62,514 nt of DNA from Mobula hypostoma (GCF_963921235.1 NC_086102.1:142352001-142414514), one strand, 5' to 3'; numbered from the stretch's first letter, positions 1 to 12,700 are shown. Program-made: numbers and translations. The notes: a model not told the origin generated them from the letters alone.

Positions 1-1449
1 CAATTTGAAGTTGGACAGAGAATAAAGTGTTCATTCCTGCATTTCATTTTCTTGGAAAACAGTGGTAGCAGCCATTTGGGTTTGGTGTAGAAATTTTGAG
101 GACTTCTGAGCCTGTGAGCACTGAGTACAAACAATAATATTTAATACCATTCAGCTCTGCAAAGAGGTCCAAGTTTGGACACTTCTCTCTCCATTTGGAT
201 GACTTCTGAATGCCCAATCAAAAACATGCCACACTCATTACTCAGAGGTAAATATACCGACTACTTAGTATCATAGACACAGCACAGCAAAGTTCAATTA
301 TCAAACCACCATTACCCCACCCTTGACACATCTTAATTAAAGTAGGTCACCCCTCCCATGTTATATTTTTTTCCTTTTCATCCACTAGATGGCAATAACT
401 CTCACTACACCAACAGTAGCACTTCCTGTCATGTTGTTTATAATATGCCATTATTTGATTGGCTCATCACTGGATGTGTCCTGTCCTTTTGTGCATGGTT
501 ACTGCTATATTATTTTAAATAGCAAAGCCAATTTGAACCTATTAAGTCAAATTTGCTAGCTTTAACTTAGGTCATGGAATGAGTTTTTTAATAGATGTTT
601 TACAGGATGATTATAAACCCGGAATGTTAAACTCCTATTTCGCTCTCCTCAAACGCTGCCCAACATGATGTGTTTTTTATTTCAGATCTCTTTCATTTAT
701 AATATTTTTTCTTTATTGGATTCAGTGTTTTCTATTGCATTCCCAGTTTGTTTATTCTTAAAAACACAATCAGATTCAATACTGAATTCTCTTTCCTTTT
801 CATTCCATGCAGGGGAGGAGATTTCCTCTGCGATCATTTTTAAACTTGATTAGTGAGTTCTTTTCTGTTGAACTGGATTTTATGAATCAACAGTAGCACT
901 GATAACTCTGTAGGTTTTCTGGGACATCACGAAATTAGAGTATAGAGAGGCAGAAGTAGGGAAAGCATCTACATTAGCAGTTGTCTGGAATATGCATGGT
1001 AATAACTAACTGTAAATTACCTTTGCACAGGTTACTTGAGCAATCCAACCCTGTGCTTTGTAAAGATGCAAGTATTGCAATCTCTCCTAATGTGACAAAC
1101 CTCCCATCCCTTGAACCAGTCTGCTAAATCTTTCCTGAACTTTTTCAAAGAACTGTACGTTTTTTTTGTAAAGAGACCAACTTTATGCACAATATTCTAG
1201 GAGTAGATTTACCAGGTCTCTATATAATTGCAGCAAGACACCTTATGGTCTTGTCCTCAAATATTCCCATAAAGAAGTTTTAAGTGCCATTTTTTCCTAG
1301 TTGCTGCTGCACCTGCAAATTTGTCTTCAGTTGCAGGCATACAAGAACAACTGGGTCCCTTTGAACTTCAGCGTTACCAACCTTTCTCCATAAAGAACAG
1401 CTTTTTGGGGCTTTTTTTGCACCAATGTGGGTTAGTTCACATTTTTCAA

Positions 1450-1865
1450 CATGACTTAGATTTAGCAAGTCTTTTGAGAAGATACCACACAGTAGGCTGC
1501 CCCAGAAGGTGAATTCACACAGGATCCAGGGTGAGCAAGTAAACTGGATACAAATTTGGCTTAGTGGTAGGAGACAGAGGGTGGAAGTAGAGGGTTGTTT
1601 CGGAGGCATGTGATCAGTGGTGTGCAGTTGTAATCTACACTGGGTGCACTGCTGTGTGTCATCTGCACTAGCAATTTAAATGACAACGCAGGTGGCATAT
1701 TTAAAAAGCTTGTGATGACATCAAAATTGGTGGTGTGGTGGACAGTGAAGACAGTTGTTTAAGATTACAACAGAATGTTGGTCAACTGGAGAAGTGGGAC
1801 AGGAAGCAGCAGATGGAATTTAACTCAGATAATTCCAAAGTATTGTATTTTGAGGAGTTAAACCA
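1450..1865 (+). mobile_element. Degraded CR1 LINE reverse-transcriptase fragment
   Basis: Eroded CR1 RT sequence ([10 protein letters not shown]-like gatttagcaagtcttttgagaagataccacac; DDTKIGG-like gatgacatcaaaattggtggt), homologous to the RT of the CR1 at 51268-54509. Boundaries approximate. Confidence 0.7.
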
Positions 1866-2200
1866 AAGTTCAAAATTCAAAGTAAATTTATGATCAGAGT
1901 ACATGTATGTTACGATATACGTTACCCTAAGATTAATTTTTTGCAGGCATCCACTCAACACCATTGAATCAATGAAAAACTGTACACAAGACGGACAAAC
2001 AACCAATGTGCAAACAACCAATGTGCAAACAACAACAAACTGTGCAAATACAAAAAGAAAAAAAAACCAAAATGATAATCATTAATAACTAAGCAATAAA
2101 TATTGAGAACAAGAAGAGTCCATATTGTGGGAACAGATCAGTGTTGGGATGAGGGAAGTTGAGTGATGCTATTCCCTCTGATTCAAGAGCCTGGTCATCA
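1866..2200 (-). mobile_element. Rex1/Babar-type LINE 3' end
   Basis: Begins aagttcaaaattcaaagtaaattta, the reverse complement of the 3' tail aataaatttactttgaactttga that ends the Rex-like fragment at about 57885. Homologous to 12244-12700. Confidence 0.6.
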
Positions 2201-2344
2201 AAAAGGCTAAATGGCAAACTCCCGATGCTGCATGTTATCTTCTTAAAAACTGGCACCTGCAGCCCTCATCAATCAATTCCTTCCCTGTTGTTTCCCTGCT
2301 GCTGTTGTGTAAGAAAGGAGGAGTTGTGACAAAGAGTGGCATAG

Positions 2345-2930
2345 ATGTATAGACATAGAGCATTACAGTTTAGATGCAGGCCTTCCGGCCCAGTGAGTCC
2401 GTGCCCACCACAGTGCATACGTAGCTAGTCCCAATTTCCTGCATTTGGTCCGTATCTCACTTAGCCCTATCCCTCCATGTACCTGTCCAAGTGGTCCTTA
2501 AATGATACTATCATACCTGCTTCAACCACTTCCTCTGACTGCTCTTTCTATATACACACCACCCTCTGCATGAAAATGTTTTCCATAAGATTCCTTTGAT
2601 CTATTTAACATACATATATATACTACAGTAATTGATCTACGTATTCTTTTTTCTTTCTATTTTATCATGCATTGCATTGTACTAGGTTAACAAATTTCAC
2701 AACACATGCCAATGATAAGAAACCTGATTCGGTTTCTTTCCATACACACACCACCCTCTGCATGAAAGCATTTCCCTTGAGGGTCCTTTTAAATCTTTCC
2801 TCTTGCACCCTAAGCCTATGCCCTCTAGTTTTGGACTCCCCTGTTCTGGGGAAAACACTATTTTCATCCACCCTTTCTATGCCGTTCATAATTTTAAACT
2901 TTTCTGTAAGGTTGCCCCTCATTCTTCTAA
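2345..2930 (-). mobile_element. CR1 LINE 3' fragment interrupted by a small LINE-tail insertion (about 2600-2732)
   Basis: ORF 2665..2973 encodes CR1 C-terminal motifs (RRMRGNL, TRGHRLRV, QRVVCVW). CR1 3' UTR at 2345-2420. Confidence 0.8.
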
Positions 2931-4194
2931 TTATTGTAGGCCCTTCCAAGCTGGTGTTGGCGGAAATTATCACGGTGACTCCTTCACTCGCTTAAACATG
3001 GAGCTGCGAGTGAACTCAGCATTTCTTAATGACAAGCAAAAATCTGAGGAGTCCGAGATAAAAGCAGAAAATATCAGAGATACAGAGGTGCTCAGCAAAT
3101 CAGGCAGCGTCTGTGGAAAGAGCTGTTGTCTGTGCTGCTGATTACCTGCAGTGTTTTCCGTTTTTACTTCTTTACTTGCAGCTGTCTTCAACCAAAATGC
3201 AGTGTTTGTGCATCTACCTTGAAGCAGCAGGTTTCCTTAGCAGCCGATGTACATAAACCACAGGAGTGCCACCTCCAGCAACTCTGTATTTGATACTTGG
3301 AATAACTCACCAGAGCTGCCTGCCCACACAGTCTGTGAAGAGATCTCTTGCCCTCTGTGAATTCATCACCTGTACTGAACCATCCATTAGTGTTTCAGTC
3401 CACTAAGGGTACTGAATTTCAAAAGGAGATTTCAATATTCACATTGCAACGTGGCTTTTGATGCATATTGTGAAGGACACAGTCCTCCCCAAGACTGAGC
3501 CTTCAAGTTGGTTTGAATGATTATTCTCCTCAAATTTGCAACAGAATCTCTTCTGCACTTTTTAAAATCTGGGGTTTGGAATCTAATCTGCTATTTAAAA
3601 CCTCCCTTGTTGAGTAAATTTCTTTTGAATTAGCACTTGTCAGACAATATACATTGTTAAAAATATAACCCTGGCAAGAAAATTATGGTGTGATACTAAG
3701 ACAAAAGAAACAACATTTTAAAAGCTAAATCGGGTAGATTATATTATAAGCACCACAGTATTTATATAGTGTATGGAACTAATACCTTGTCTTTTTAACA
3801 ACAAAAATAACAGGGTGTCAAGTAATTGAAAAAATAGACACAAAGGAGGCCATTTGGCCCAGGATCAGCACAACATTGAGGACCAAAGGTCCTGTAATGT
3901 GCTGTAAATTTCTATGTTCTATGTATCTGTGCCAGTAGAGAAGGCTGACCCACACTGATGCTCCTTCTGCTACCGGCACTGTGCCCTGCAGAGCACAATT
4001 CCTCAGATAAACACCTAAGTACTTGTCTCTGCCTCTGGCACCCTTTCAGGCAGTGAGCTCCAGACCTCTCCCACTGCTGGCTGAAAATGCTTTCCTCACT
4101 TCCACTTTGATCCTTTCATTTTTGACCTTTTAGATACAACACTGATTCATGTCATCTGCAGAAATTCTCTCATAACTCCGCAATAGTTGGGTGC

Positions 4195-4992
4195 ATAAAG
4201 GGAGGACGGGAGGATGAATACAGGGCCCTGGTGGAGGACTTTGTCAAATGGTGTAAGCTGAATCATCTGCAGCTCAACACTAGTAAGGCAAAGGAGATGG
4301 TGATGGACTTCAGGAAGACTAAACCTGTACTGCTCCCTATTACTATTGATGGTGAGAACCTACAAGTACCTGGGGGTGCACCCGGATGACAGACTTGAGT
4401 GGAACTCTAACACGCAGGCTCTGTACAAGAAGGGTCATGTTGCCTCTGCTTCCTGAGGAGACTGAGGTCTGGAGTATGCAGGCCTCTCCTTCACATGTTG
4501 TACCAGTCTGTTGTCACCAGTACAATTTTCTGTGCGGTGGTGTGCTGGGGCAATGACATCAACACAGGTGATAGCAACAGGCTCAATAAACTGATTAGAA
4601 AGGCTGGCTCTGTTATAGGAGTCAAACTGGACACACTGGAGGGTGTGGTTTAACAAAGGACCCAACGGAAAACCCTAGCAATTCTGGACAATGTTTCTCA
4701 CCCTCTGCATGCCACCTTAGCTGAACAAAGGAGCACTTTTAGTAATAGACTAAGACAACTGTGCTGTTCCAAAGAGCGCTATATACAATCATTCTTACCC
4801 TGGGCCATTAGGCTCTAAAATGAGTCAAACTATAGCCGGACAAGTGATGACCCCTCCTGTTAGACTGTTCAAGGTAACTTTTTTAAAAATTCTTTCTTAC
4901 TTACCTTCCACTATTTATATATCTGTGCACTTGTAATGCTACTATGACACTGTGACTTCCTTTGGGATCAATAAAGTATCTATCTATCTATC
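4195..4992 (+). mobile_element. Rex1/Babar-type LINE 3' fragment
   Basis: Degenerate RT C-terminal motifs (LQLNTSKAKEMVMDFRK, YKYLGVH, HPLH). Ends in aataaa followed by a (tatc)n tail. Confidence 0.8.
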
Positions 4993-5214
4993 TTTTCCAG
5001 AGGAAAATTAGTCTCTTTCTTTTATTCAGGCCTCTCAATTCAGTCTCTCCTCAGCCTCACTTGTTCCAACAAGAACAACCTTCAAAGGCAAGAGTTAGCC
5101 CCCAGTTTAGAGATTTTACCCCTATTTTATCTTTTTATTTTATCCATAATAATGTTAAATCCATCCAAATTACTACTTGGATACCAATCTCCTTTAGGGA
5201 ATGATAATTCCGTT

Positions 5215-5350
5215 CCCTGAAACTATCCTGATGAAGGGCTTAGACCCAAACATTCATCCCTAAGCTTTATCTCCCACAGATGCCACTCAACCCCTGAGTT
5301 CCTTCAGCAGATTGTTTGTTGTTCAGGATACCAGCATTTGCAGTCTCATG
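5215..5350 (+). mobile_element. Penelope terminal remnant with degenerate hammerhead
   Basis: CTGATGAagggcttagacccAAAc at 5228-5251, followed by the same downstream terminus (gatgcc...ccagcatttgcagtctc) seen in the long PLE copies. Confidence 0.55.
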
Positions 5351-5932
5351 TCGACAACATTTAACTAAATTTATTGAAATTTTGCAGGCCGAAAAGAAAT
5401 TATAAGAGACGCATGAAATTAAGGTCCAGATAAGCAAAGAGATTTGCGAGTAGGAATCATAATTTGGTTCACTAGTAAAACTTCGCTTTTGCATCATGCA
5501 AAAAAATTTGAAGAATGCTTTGTGCATAACTGAAGTTGTCAGATCATTGATTTCTGAAGGTTATGACGAAGAAGGTTGCAAAGCATTGCATTCTATGGAA
5601 CGGGAGTGTGCACTGTCTGGGTTTAACTCAGACTTTCGAAACACCGGGAATTCCTGTCACTATAATGATGGGAAATGCTGACAGTTAAGATAGCAACACT
5701 TAAGTTTAGGCTTTTCATTGACAGCATTTTACGGTGGTGTATCTGATGCCCTTGTCAAGCAAATAAAGCTGAAATGATTGGCTATGGGGAATAAAATATC
5801 AGAGCAAGAAATTCACAAGTACTGAAACATTAAATAATATCTGGTTGAAAAGCTGCCATCCAGCTTCATCAGTCAAACCTGGGCAGAGAGAACTTGGAAA
5901 GACTGAGAATTCACTTGTTTGTGCTTAATTAA

Positions 5933-6050
5933 CTACTACTACTACTACGTCGACTCAGGCCTAGGGGGCCGGCGCTGGGCACGATGACGGACTCTCCACT
6001 TCTCCCTCTCCCTCATCAGTGTGTTCAGTTCATTTACATTAGCCGCGCCA
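5933..6050 (-). mobile_element. RTE/RTE-X-type LINE extreme 3' end
   Basis: Minus strand reads GAANVNELNTLMREREKWRVRHRAQRRPPRPEST* then a (GTA)n tail. Flanked by cttaattaa (5924-5932) and cttaaataa (6051-6059), a 9-bp TSD with one mismatch. CpG-rich. Confidence 0.7.
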
Positions 6051-6519
6051 CTTAAATAAAGACAATAGATAATTAAGTTAAAGCACTCAAATATACAACA
6101 GTTAGTTCCATATATGTTTCAACCCTATCCTTTCATAGCATGAGTGTGGGGAATCTAGATGATTATACACTGAGTAATTGGAATTAAGGCATCCATCCAA
6201 GGTTGGAGGGAAGGCAAACAGTGAGGATTTATTAATAGACAGGAAAAAGACGTGGGCAGGCTGACAGAATAGGCAGACGTGGCAGAGGGAATTTTAAAAC
6301 AGAGAAAGATGAAGAGCTGAAATTTGGCAGAGAAATATGGAACTATAGACTAAATGGTATGCTTGCACAGGATGTGCAGGAACACAAAAACCCATGCATC
6401 TCCGGACCATAATTGCTTTTACTATTTGGTTGCAATCTGGGATTCGTTGTCTGCAGGGATGGTTAAAGCAATCAGAAGGGAATTGGATAGGCCTTAAGGA
6501 GGAATAATTTGAGTCATAA

Positions 6520-6916
6520 AAATATAAGGCATGGAAATCGCCTCTTCATCCCGACTCGTTTTACTCATGCCTCCTGTCAACCCTCCCCCTCACCCCAAGA
6601 TCGTATACGTTTGAATAAATTCATCCCTAATTCTAATCATTCCAAAAAATACAAGTCCAACCTATGTAGCCTCTTTTGATGGCATAATCCACTTATCCCA
6701 GAAATTAGCCTGATTGAACTCCTTCCGACTGCCTCCAACGGGGACCAAAACTGTACACAATGCTTCAGTAGTGGCTTCAACAACATTTTGTACAATTGTA
6801 ACAAAACCTCCCTATTCTTAAATCCCACCCCCTTTACAGTTAAACTAATATGCCATTTGCATTCTTTATTACTTGTTCGATCTGCCTGCTAACATTTTGT
6901 GTTACACGCACTAGAT
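6520..6916 (-). mobile_element. CR1 LINE fragment
   Basis: ORF 6637..6828 GFKNREVLLQLYKMLLKPLLKHCVQFWSP matches the CR1 ORF2 C-terminal motif. Confidence 0.75.
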
Positions 6917-7107
6917 CAGGAGTGGCCAACCTTTTACATTCCAAGTGTCAATTTATTCACTCACGAGTTCAGATGCGCCATACAACTCTTGTATCCCCAT
7001 TCAATTCTTGTAAAAATATGTTAATATAGAACTCATGTGAAAAAATCGCATCTGAACTCATGCGTGAAAAAATTGACACATGGAATGTAGAAGGTTGGCC
7101 ACCCCTG
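6917..7107. mobile_element. hAT (Charlie-like) MITE, 191 bp
   Basis: About 60-bp terminal inverted repeats caggagtggccaacctt...aaggttggccacccctg. 8-bp TSD cactagat (6909-6916) / cactggat (7108-7115). Confidence 0.9.
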
Positions 7108-7276
7108 CACTGGATCATCAAGTTCCTCTGAAATCTCTCCAGTTAGATAGTAATCAACCTTTGACAGGCTAATTGTTCACAGTAAGTTGTCCCTAGGATA
7201 TAGCTGAGTGAGTGGTGTGATAGAATCGGGAGGGGTGTTTATGAAATGTGACAAGAATAAGAGTGGATTAATAGAT

Positions 7277-8266
7277 CTTCTGGTTAAGGTGGCACAGCCG
7301 AATGCATGCGACAGCTCACTAGTAGTTCAAAAGGCAAGAACTTTGACTAAAAACATCACTAAAAACATCTTTTCAGAGGTAAATTGAGTTAAATTATCAC
7401 TGCAAGCAGTGAGGGGGCGAGCGAGTTCAGGCGAGCGAGAGGGTGAGTTCAGGGGATGACCTGGGTTGGTGTGTTGCAGAATCGATGCAGCTGAAGTGAG
7501 CCATTCAGAGAGGAGAAGTTGGGGCAGAGGAGATTCAATGCCCATACAACTGGCCCAGGTGCAAGGTTGGATCGATCTGGGCACCGAGCTGATTTGAAGA
7601 GCTTGAGAGCGGCTTTGGACTTGGGTGGCATGGTTCAGGCCCTGAGCCCATCACAGGAGCCGGATCCTAGTGTGAGGTACAACTCACTGTTTAGACAATT
7701 TAAATGCCGGCCCAGACTGGAGGTGAGAGCCAATTTCACCCGATCTCCGTGATGTTCACGCCCCTCTCCAAGACGCCAGAGACTTTCGCTGCAATGGTTG
7801 CCAGGTACAATGCGAGGTACAATCCACTGTTTGGTCAATTTAAGTGCCAGCCTAGATAGAGTGAAATGACAGGGTGTCAGGATCTGAGCGAGAGCCGATT
7901 TTCACTCTCGGCGATGGTCACTCCTCTCTCCATAGTGCTGAGGCAATGAGAATTGCCCAGTTGCTGTGCTCCATGTCTGCTAGTGTGATGAACTGATAAG
8001 CGAGGCTTTGGGTCTATTCCTGGCTGCTCTGGGGTTCGGTTCTGAGGACTCATCAATTTGGTTCAGAATGTTATTGCTCACTTCAATTCTTTGCACGATT
8101 TCTGTTGTTTTCTCCCTTTCTCTCGCACATCAGATGTTGGTCTTTTATTTTCATTTTTATTTCTTTTAATTGAGTTCTTTCAGGTTTCTGTGGCCACCTG
8201 TGAGCAAACAGGTCTCAAAGTTGTATCATTTACACCTCTTGATAATAAATGTACTTCGAATCTTGA
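7277..8266 (+). mobile_element. Non-autonomous non-coding retroelement with Rex/Babar-like 3' tail (copy 1)
   Basis: Its 3' half aligns by eye with 58560-59098 (acaatttaaatgccggcccag; gtgatgaact...gaggctttggg; ctcaa-gttgtat; ttgataataaa). It appears to split a SINE-like 3' segment (7150-7270 / 8270-8345). Confidence 0.6.
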
Positions 8267-8814
8267 GTAAGTGGGGGCTTGGTGGTTGGCATGAACTCAA
8301 TAGGCTGAAGGACTTTTTTGTCTTCTGTACCAAGAGATTCTGACTATGACTTGCTAGGCTCCATATATCTCTTCATGCCAATCTGTTATTTTTTATAATA
8401 ATTGTTGGCTATTAACTCAGAAGAGAACTGGCTTCAGTCAGAATGATTATTTTGGGAACTGATAGGTCTTATTACATTAAATTCTTGGAATTACATTGGT
8501 CAAATTTCATGTTGGGTTGGCAATAAGAATATGCATTACATCATTCATAGCCAAACCTGACCTATGAAATTCTTGCCATGACAAACCTCTGGTGATATTT
8601 TTCCCTTGGCTGCTTTAATTCCTCTTACAATGATTAGAAGGTTCAGATATTCTGCTAAAACAAATTATTTCAGGGTTATTTCCAGGCAAGTTCCTTTGCA
8701 TTTCTTTCCTATAAATGACTTTAAATCTTAATGATATAGCCTTAATGCTGTTCGTTTAACTGATCTGAGAATAAATTGGGAACTTTTCACTCATCCTCAC
8801 AAAAAGTGAGAACT

Positions 8815-9345
8815 TAATACGAACAGCACATTACAGACTCTTTGGCCATGATGTTGTATCATTATTTTAACCCACTCTAAGATCAGTCTAACTCTTCCCT
8901 CCCACATAGCCCTCTATATTTCTATCATCCATCTGCAAATCTAAGAGATTCTTAAATTCCCTTAACGTATCTGTCTCTACCACCACCCCTGATGGGGCTT
9001 TTCCAAACACCTACCAATTTCTGTGTAAAGACCATGCCTCTGACATCCTCCCTATACTTTCCACCTATCACCTTAAAATTATGCCTCCTTGTACCAGCCA
9101 TTTCTGTTCTGGGAAAATAATTCTAACTATCCACTCTATCATCTTGCACTCCTCGATCAAGTCACCTCTCATTGTCCTTCACTCCAAAGAGCAAAGCCCT
9201 AGCTCACTCAACCTATCTTCATAAGACATGCACTCCAGTCCAGGTAGCATTCTGGTAAATATCCTCTGCACCCTCTCTAAAGCTTCCACATCCTTCCTGT
9301 AATGAAGCGACCAGAATTGAACAGAATATTCCAAGTGTGATCAAT
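8815..9345 (-). mobile_element. CR1 LINE 3' fragment
   Basis: Collinear with 51268-51810, covering the 3' UTR and ORF2 C-terminus. Confidence 0.85.
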
Positions 9346-11349
9346 TGTCTTTGTTCCCGCCATGTGTTTGGAGATGGAGACTGCCATTTTGTGAGATGGA
9401 GCTGATTTGCTTTCTGTGCTTTGAAGTAGACACAATGATGTTTCAGGTAATCTGCTAGTCTAAAGATCATTTCCAAATAAGACGTTATTTCTGAGGTGTT
9501 CTTTGATGTAAGATAACATGCAGGGTTGTGGATGTTGGGGTTCGTGTCTGCTTGAAGTGATTCGAGCTGTTCACTGAAGAGAACAAAGAGCCATAAATTA
9601 CCGATTGTCACTTGCCGGGAAGAGGGCAATAAGTGATGCTGGCCTAGAGCAGAGCCAATAAAAAGGTGTTAAAGGTCAATCAGATGACCTCCAGCCAATG
9701 ACACTGGAATGCAATATTTGAATTGGTAAGGAACAAGTATAAAAGTGGACACTTTAAGTGTGCTATCAGTGATAACTCTCTAAAGAGGTCCACCATTTCA
9801 AGGAAGAACACCCACGCCAGACGCCTGGTGAGGAAAGGACTGATCATCTGGCCATTGGATCCTCCTATTTTGGTGCTATAAATTGGACAAGTGGTCTGAG
9901 TGAGTATTGGTACAGAGGGAACTGTAGAAATCATGTTCTAAGCTGTTGGCCCGGGGTCAACATAATTAGGCTGTTGTTTGTACAGAGACAATAAAGTGCA
10001 AGCTTCAATTAATTTATGAGTTGCGTAGTGAATTTCCTAACTTAGTACCAATGACAAATGGTCAATACCACTCTGAAACCAGGACAGGAAACTGCTATTT
10101 ATATACAGAATTAGCTTTTCAGTTATGGATATTGATCCATTCCGTAAATTGTATCTGTTTGAATTCCTTACTTGCAAGCTCAATTTGCACTTACAATAGA
10201 GATCTGAAAAGTCAATCGAAAATTCAAGCTGACAATCAATGATTTTTTAAAGTTAGTAAAGCAATTGTTCCTTAGTTGTTGAGTGTGTTTCACATCCTTC
10301 CATTGTTCCTATTTTGTATGTATCTGGCACCCCCCTGTTGTGTTTTAGGAACACCTTTGTGGAAAAGTCTTACTGCAGGGGTCTCACTCATTTGGTTTGC
10401 TTACACACTGCCACAGTCACTCTAGCCTATCTCATCTGTAGTAATCAGAGGTGTCTCTGGTGGTCTCACCTCAAAGGCCTCACTTGACTACAACTACGCT
10501 AGGCTGTCCTTGCCCGGATGTTGTCTTTAACCCTTGCCTTATCTCAGCTTCCACACTAGCAGCTGCTGGTGCCCATAGTAAAATAAGATACATGGGCCCA
10601 GAACAAACACACACTTATGACTTACTAACGCTCTCTTGCCTTTAACCCTTGCCTTACCACAATTCACAACTCCCTACACTTCCAGCACTTCAACATGGTC
10701 CGGTGTAGCAGAGACTGCTGCACCCACACGATGGCTTTGACAGCGGGTGACACACTGCCCCCAGAACCATAAGCTGGATCCTCGCCTTTGTCTGAACAGG
10801 GACTGCCCATCTTGTCCTAAATTTAACCCAGTGCAGGTGCAGCGGGCAGACTCCAGAATTAACAAGCTAGGAAATCTGCTGAAGGACACACTGGACAGCA
10901 CAGAAACAGTAGGGATGGGGGCTGACTATTCCACTACCGGTTTCGGTTAATGCCAGCGGGATTTTCCACCGGGATACCTGGGTATATTCCAGGAGTGTGC
11001 TGGAATGATAGGACTACCCCAATGCTTCCCTCAGCTACGCATGTTGACCAACAACAGAGAACCAGAGAACAGCCTTAGCAAATGAAAAATGAGTGCATTA
11101 TCTGGGGTATAAGTCATTCCAACACTGTCTGATGTAGCTAGTGTTCATACAGTATTGTGCAAAAGCCTCAGGCCATGTAAAACAATTCTGTAAAATGAAA
11201 ATGCTTTCAAAAATAATGAAATGTAAAGTTTCTAAACATCAAAAATTTACTATAAGAGCTGTAAACAGTAAAACAAAACTAAATTAGATCAATATTAGGT
11301 GTGACCACCCTTCACCTTTAAAACTGAATCAATTCTTTAAGGTACACTA

Positions 11350-12215
11350 AGATACCTCTAAACACATCTTTACATACCCTCCCCACAATCTCTGCTTTCT
11401 GCAGGGATCACTCCCTCTATAATTCTCTTATCTATTTGTGCCTCGCCACTAATCTCCCTCCCAGCACTTATTCCTGCAAGCTACCAAAGTACACCTGCCC
11501 ACTCACCTCCTCCTTCACCTCAGTTCAAGGCCCCAAACAGTCCTTCCAAGTGAGGAAGCACTTCAGCTGAGAGTGTGCTAGGTCATATTGTATCCGATGT
11601 TCACGATGCAGCCTCCTCTACACCAGTGAGACCCAATCGGTGGACTGCTTCATCAAACACTTCCACTCCATCCACCGAAAGATTTACTTCCCACTGACCA
11701 AATGTTTTAATTCCTATTCCTATTCCCATTACAACATGTCGGTCCATGGCCTCCTCTTATGTCATGACGAGGCCACCCTCAGGGTGGAGGAGCAACACCT
11801 TATATTCCATCTGGGTAGCCCCCAACCTGATGGCATGAATATTGATTTCTCCTTCCAGTAAAAAAATTCCTTCCCCTCCCCTCTTCTTCTAGTCCCCACT
11901 CTGGCCTCTCCCCTCTTCTCACCTGCGTATCACCTCCCCCTGGTGCCCTTCCTCCTTCTTTTTCTCCTATGGTCCTCTCTCCTCTCCAATCAGATTCCTT
12001 CATCTCCAGCCCTTTACCTTTCCCGCCCACCTGGCTTCGCCTTATCACTTTGCAGCTATCCTTCTTTCCCACCCCACAGCCACCAAAGAAGCGCCTTCCC
12101 CCTAACTTTCCAGACCTGAAGAAGGGTCTTGACCTGAAACATTGATTGTTTGCTCATTTCCATGGATGCTACCTGATCTGCTGAGTCCCTCCAGTATTTT
12201 GTGTGTGTTGTTTTT
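11350..12215 (+). mobile_element. Penelope-like element 3' fragment (GIY-YIG region and terminus)
   Basis: ORF 11640..11861 HGLLLCHDEATLRVEEQHLIFHLGSPQPDGMNIDFS is homologous to the end of ORF 47100..48260. Confidence 0.88.
12111..12148 (+). ncRNA. Degenerate minimal type I hammerhead ribozyme motif
   Basis: cagacCTGAAGAagggtcttgacctGAAAcattgattg. Core boxes are present; helix III and helix I are decayed. Confidence 0.55.
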
Positions 12216-12243
12216 CGGCAAGTTGTCATGCAGTTTTATAAGA

Positions 12244-12700
12244 AAGTTCAAAGTAAATTTTATTATCAAAGTACATATACAGTATGTCACCATATACAAC
12301 CTGGAGATTCAATTTCTTATGGGCATACTCAACAAATCTATAGAATAGTAACTATAACAGAATCAATGAAAGATCACCCAACTAGAGCGTTCAGCCTGAG
12401 TGCAGAGGACAACAAACTGCAAATGCAAAAAGAAGAAACAATAGTAATAAATAAATAAGCAATAAGTATCAAGGACGTGAGATGAAGAGTCCTTGAAAGT
12501 GAATCCATTGTTGTGGGACCACTTCAATAAAGAGGCAAGTGAAGTTGAGTGAAGTTATTGCCTTTTGTTCAAGAGCCTGATGGCTGAGGGGTAATAACTG
12601 TTCCTGAACCAGGTGCTGTGAGTCCTGAGGCTCATGTACCTTCTTCCTGATGGCAGCAGTGAGAAGAGACCATGTCCTGAGTGGTGGGGTCCCTAAAGAT
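12244..12700 (-). mobile_element. Rex1/Babar-type LINE 3' end
   Basis: Tail agttcaaagtaaattttatt at the left end and the conserved segment gggtaataactgttcctgaacc...cctgatggcagcagtgagaagag. Reverse complement of about 57470-57885. Confidence 0.78.

Noticed and set aside
3300-3400. Possible short minus-strand exon (ag...gtgag)
   Set aside because: Poor polypyrimidine tract, no recognisable peptide and no partner exons.
9620-10000. Promoter or old LTR (CCAAT boxes, tataaaag, aataaa)
   Set aside because: The motifs are short, and no TG...CA ends or TSD could be defined.
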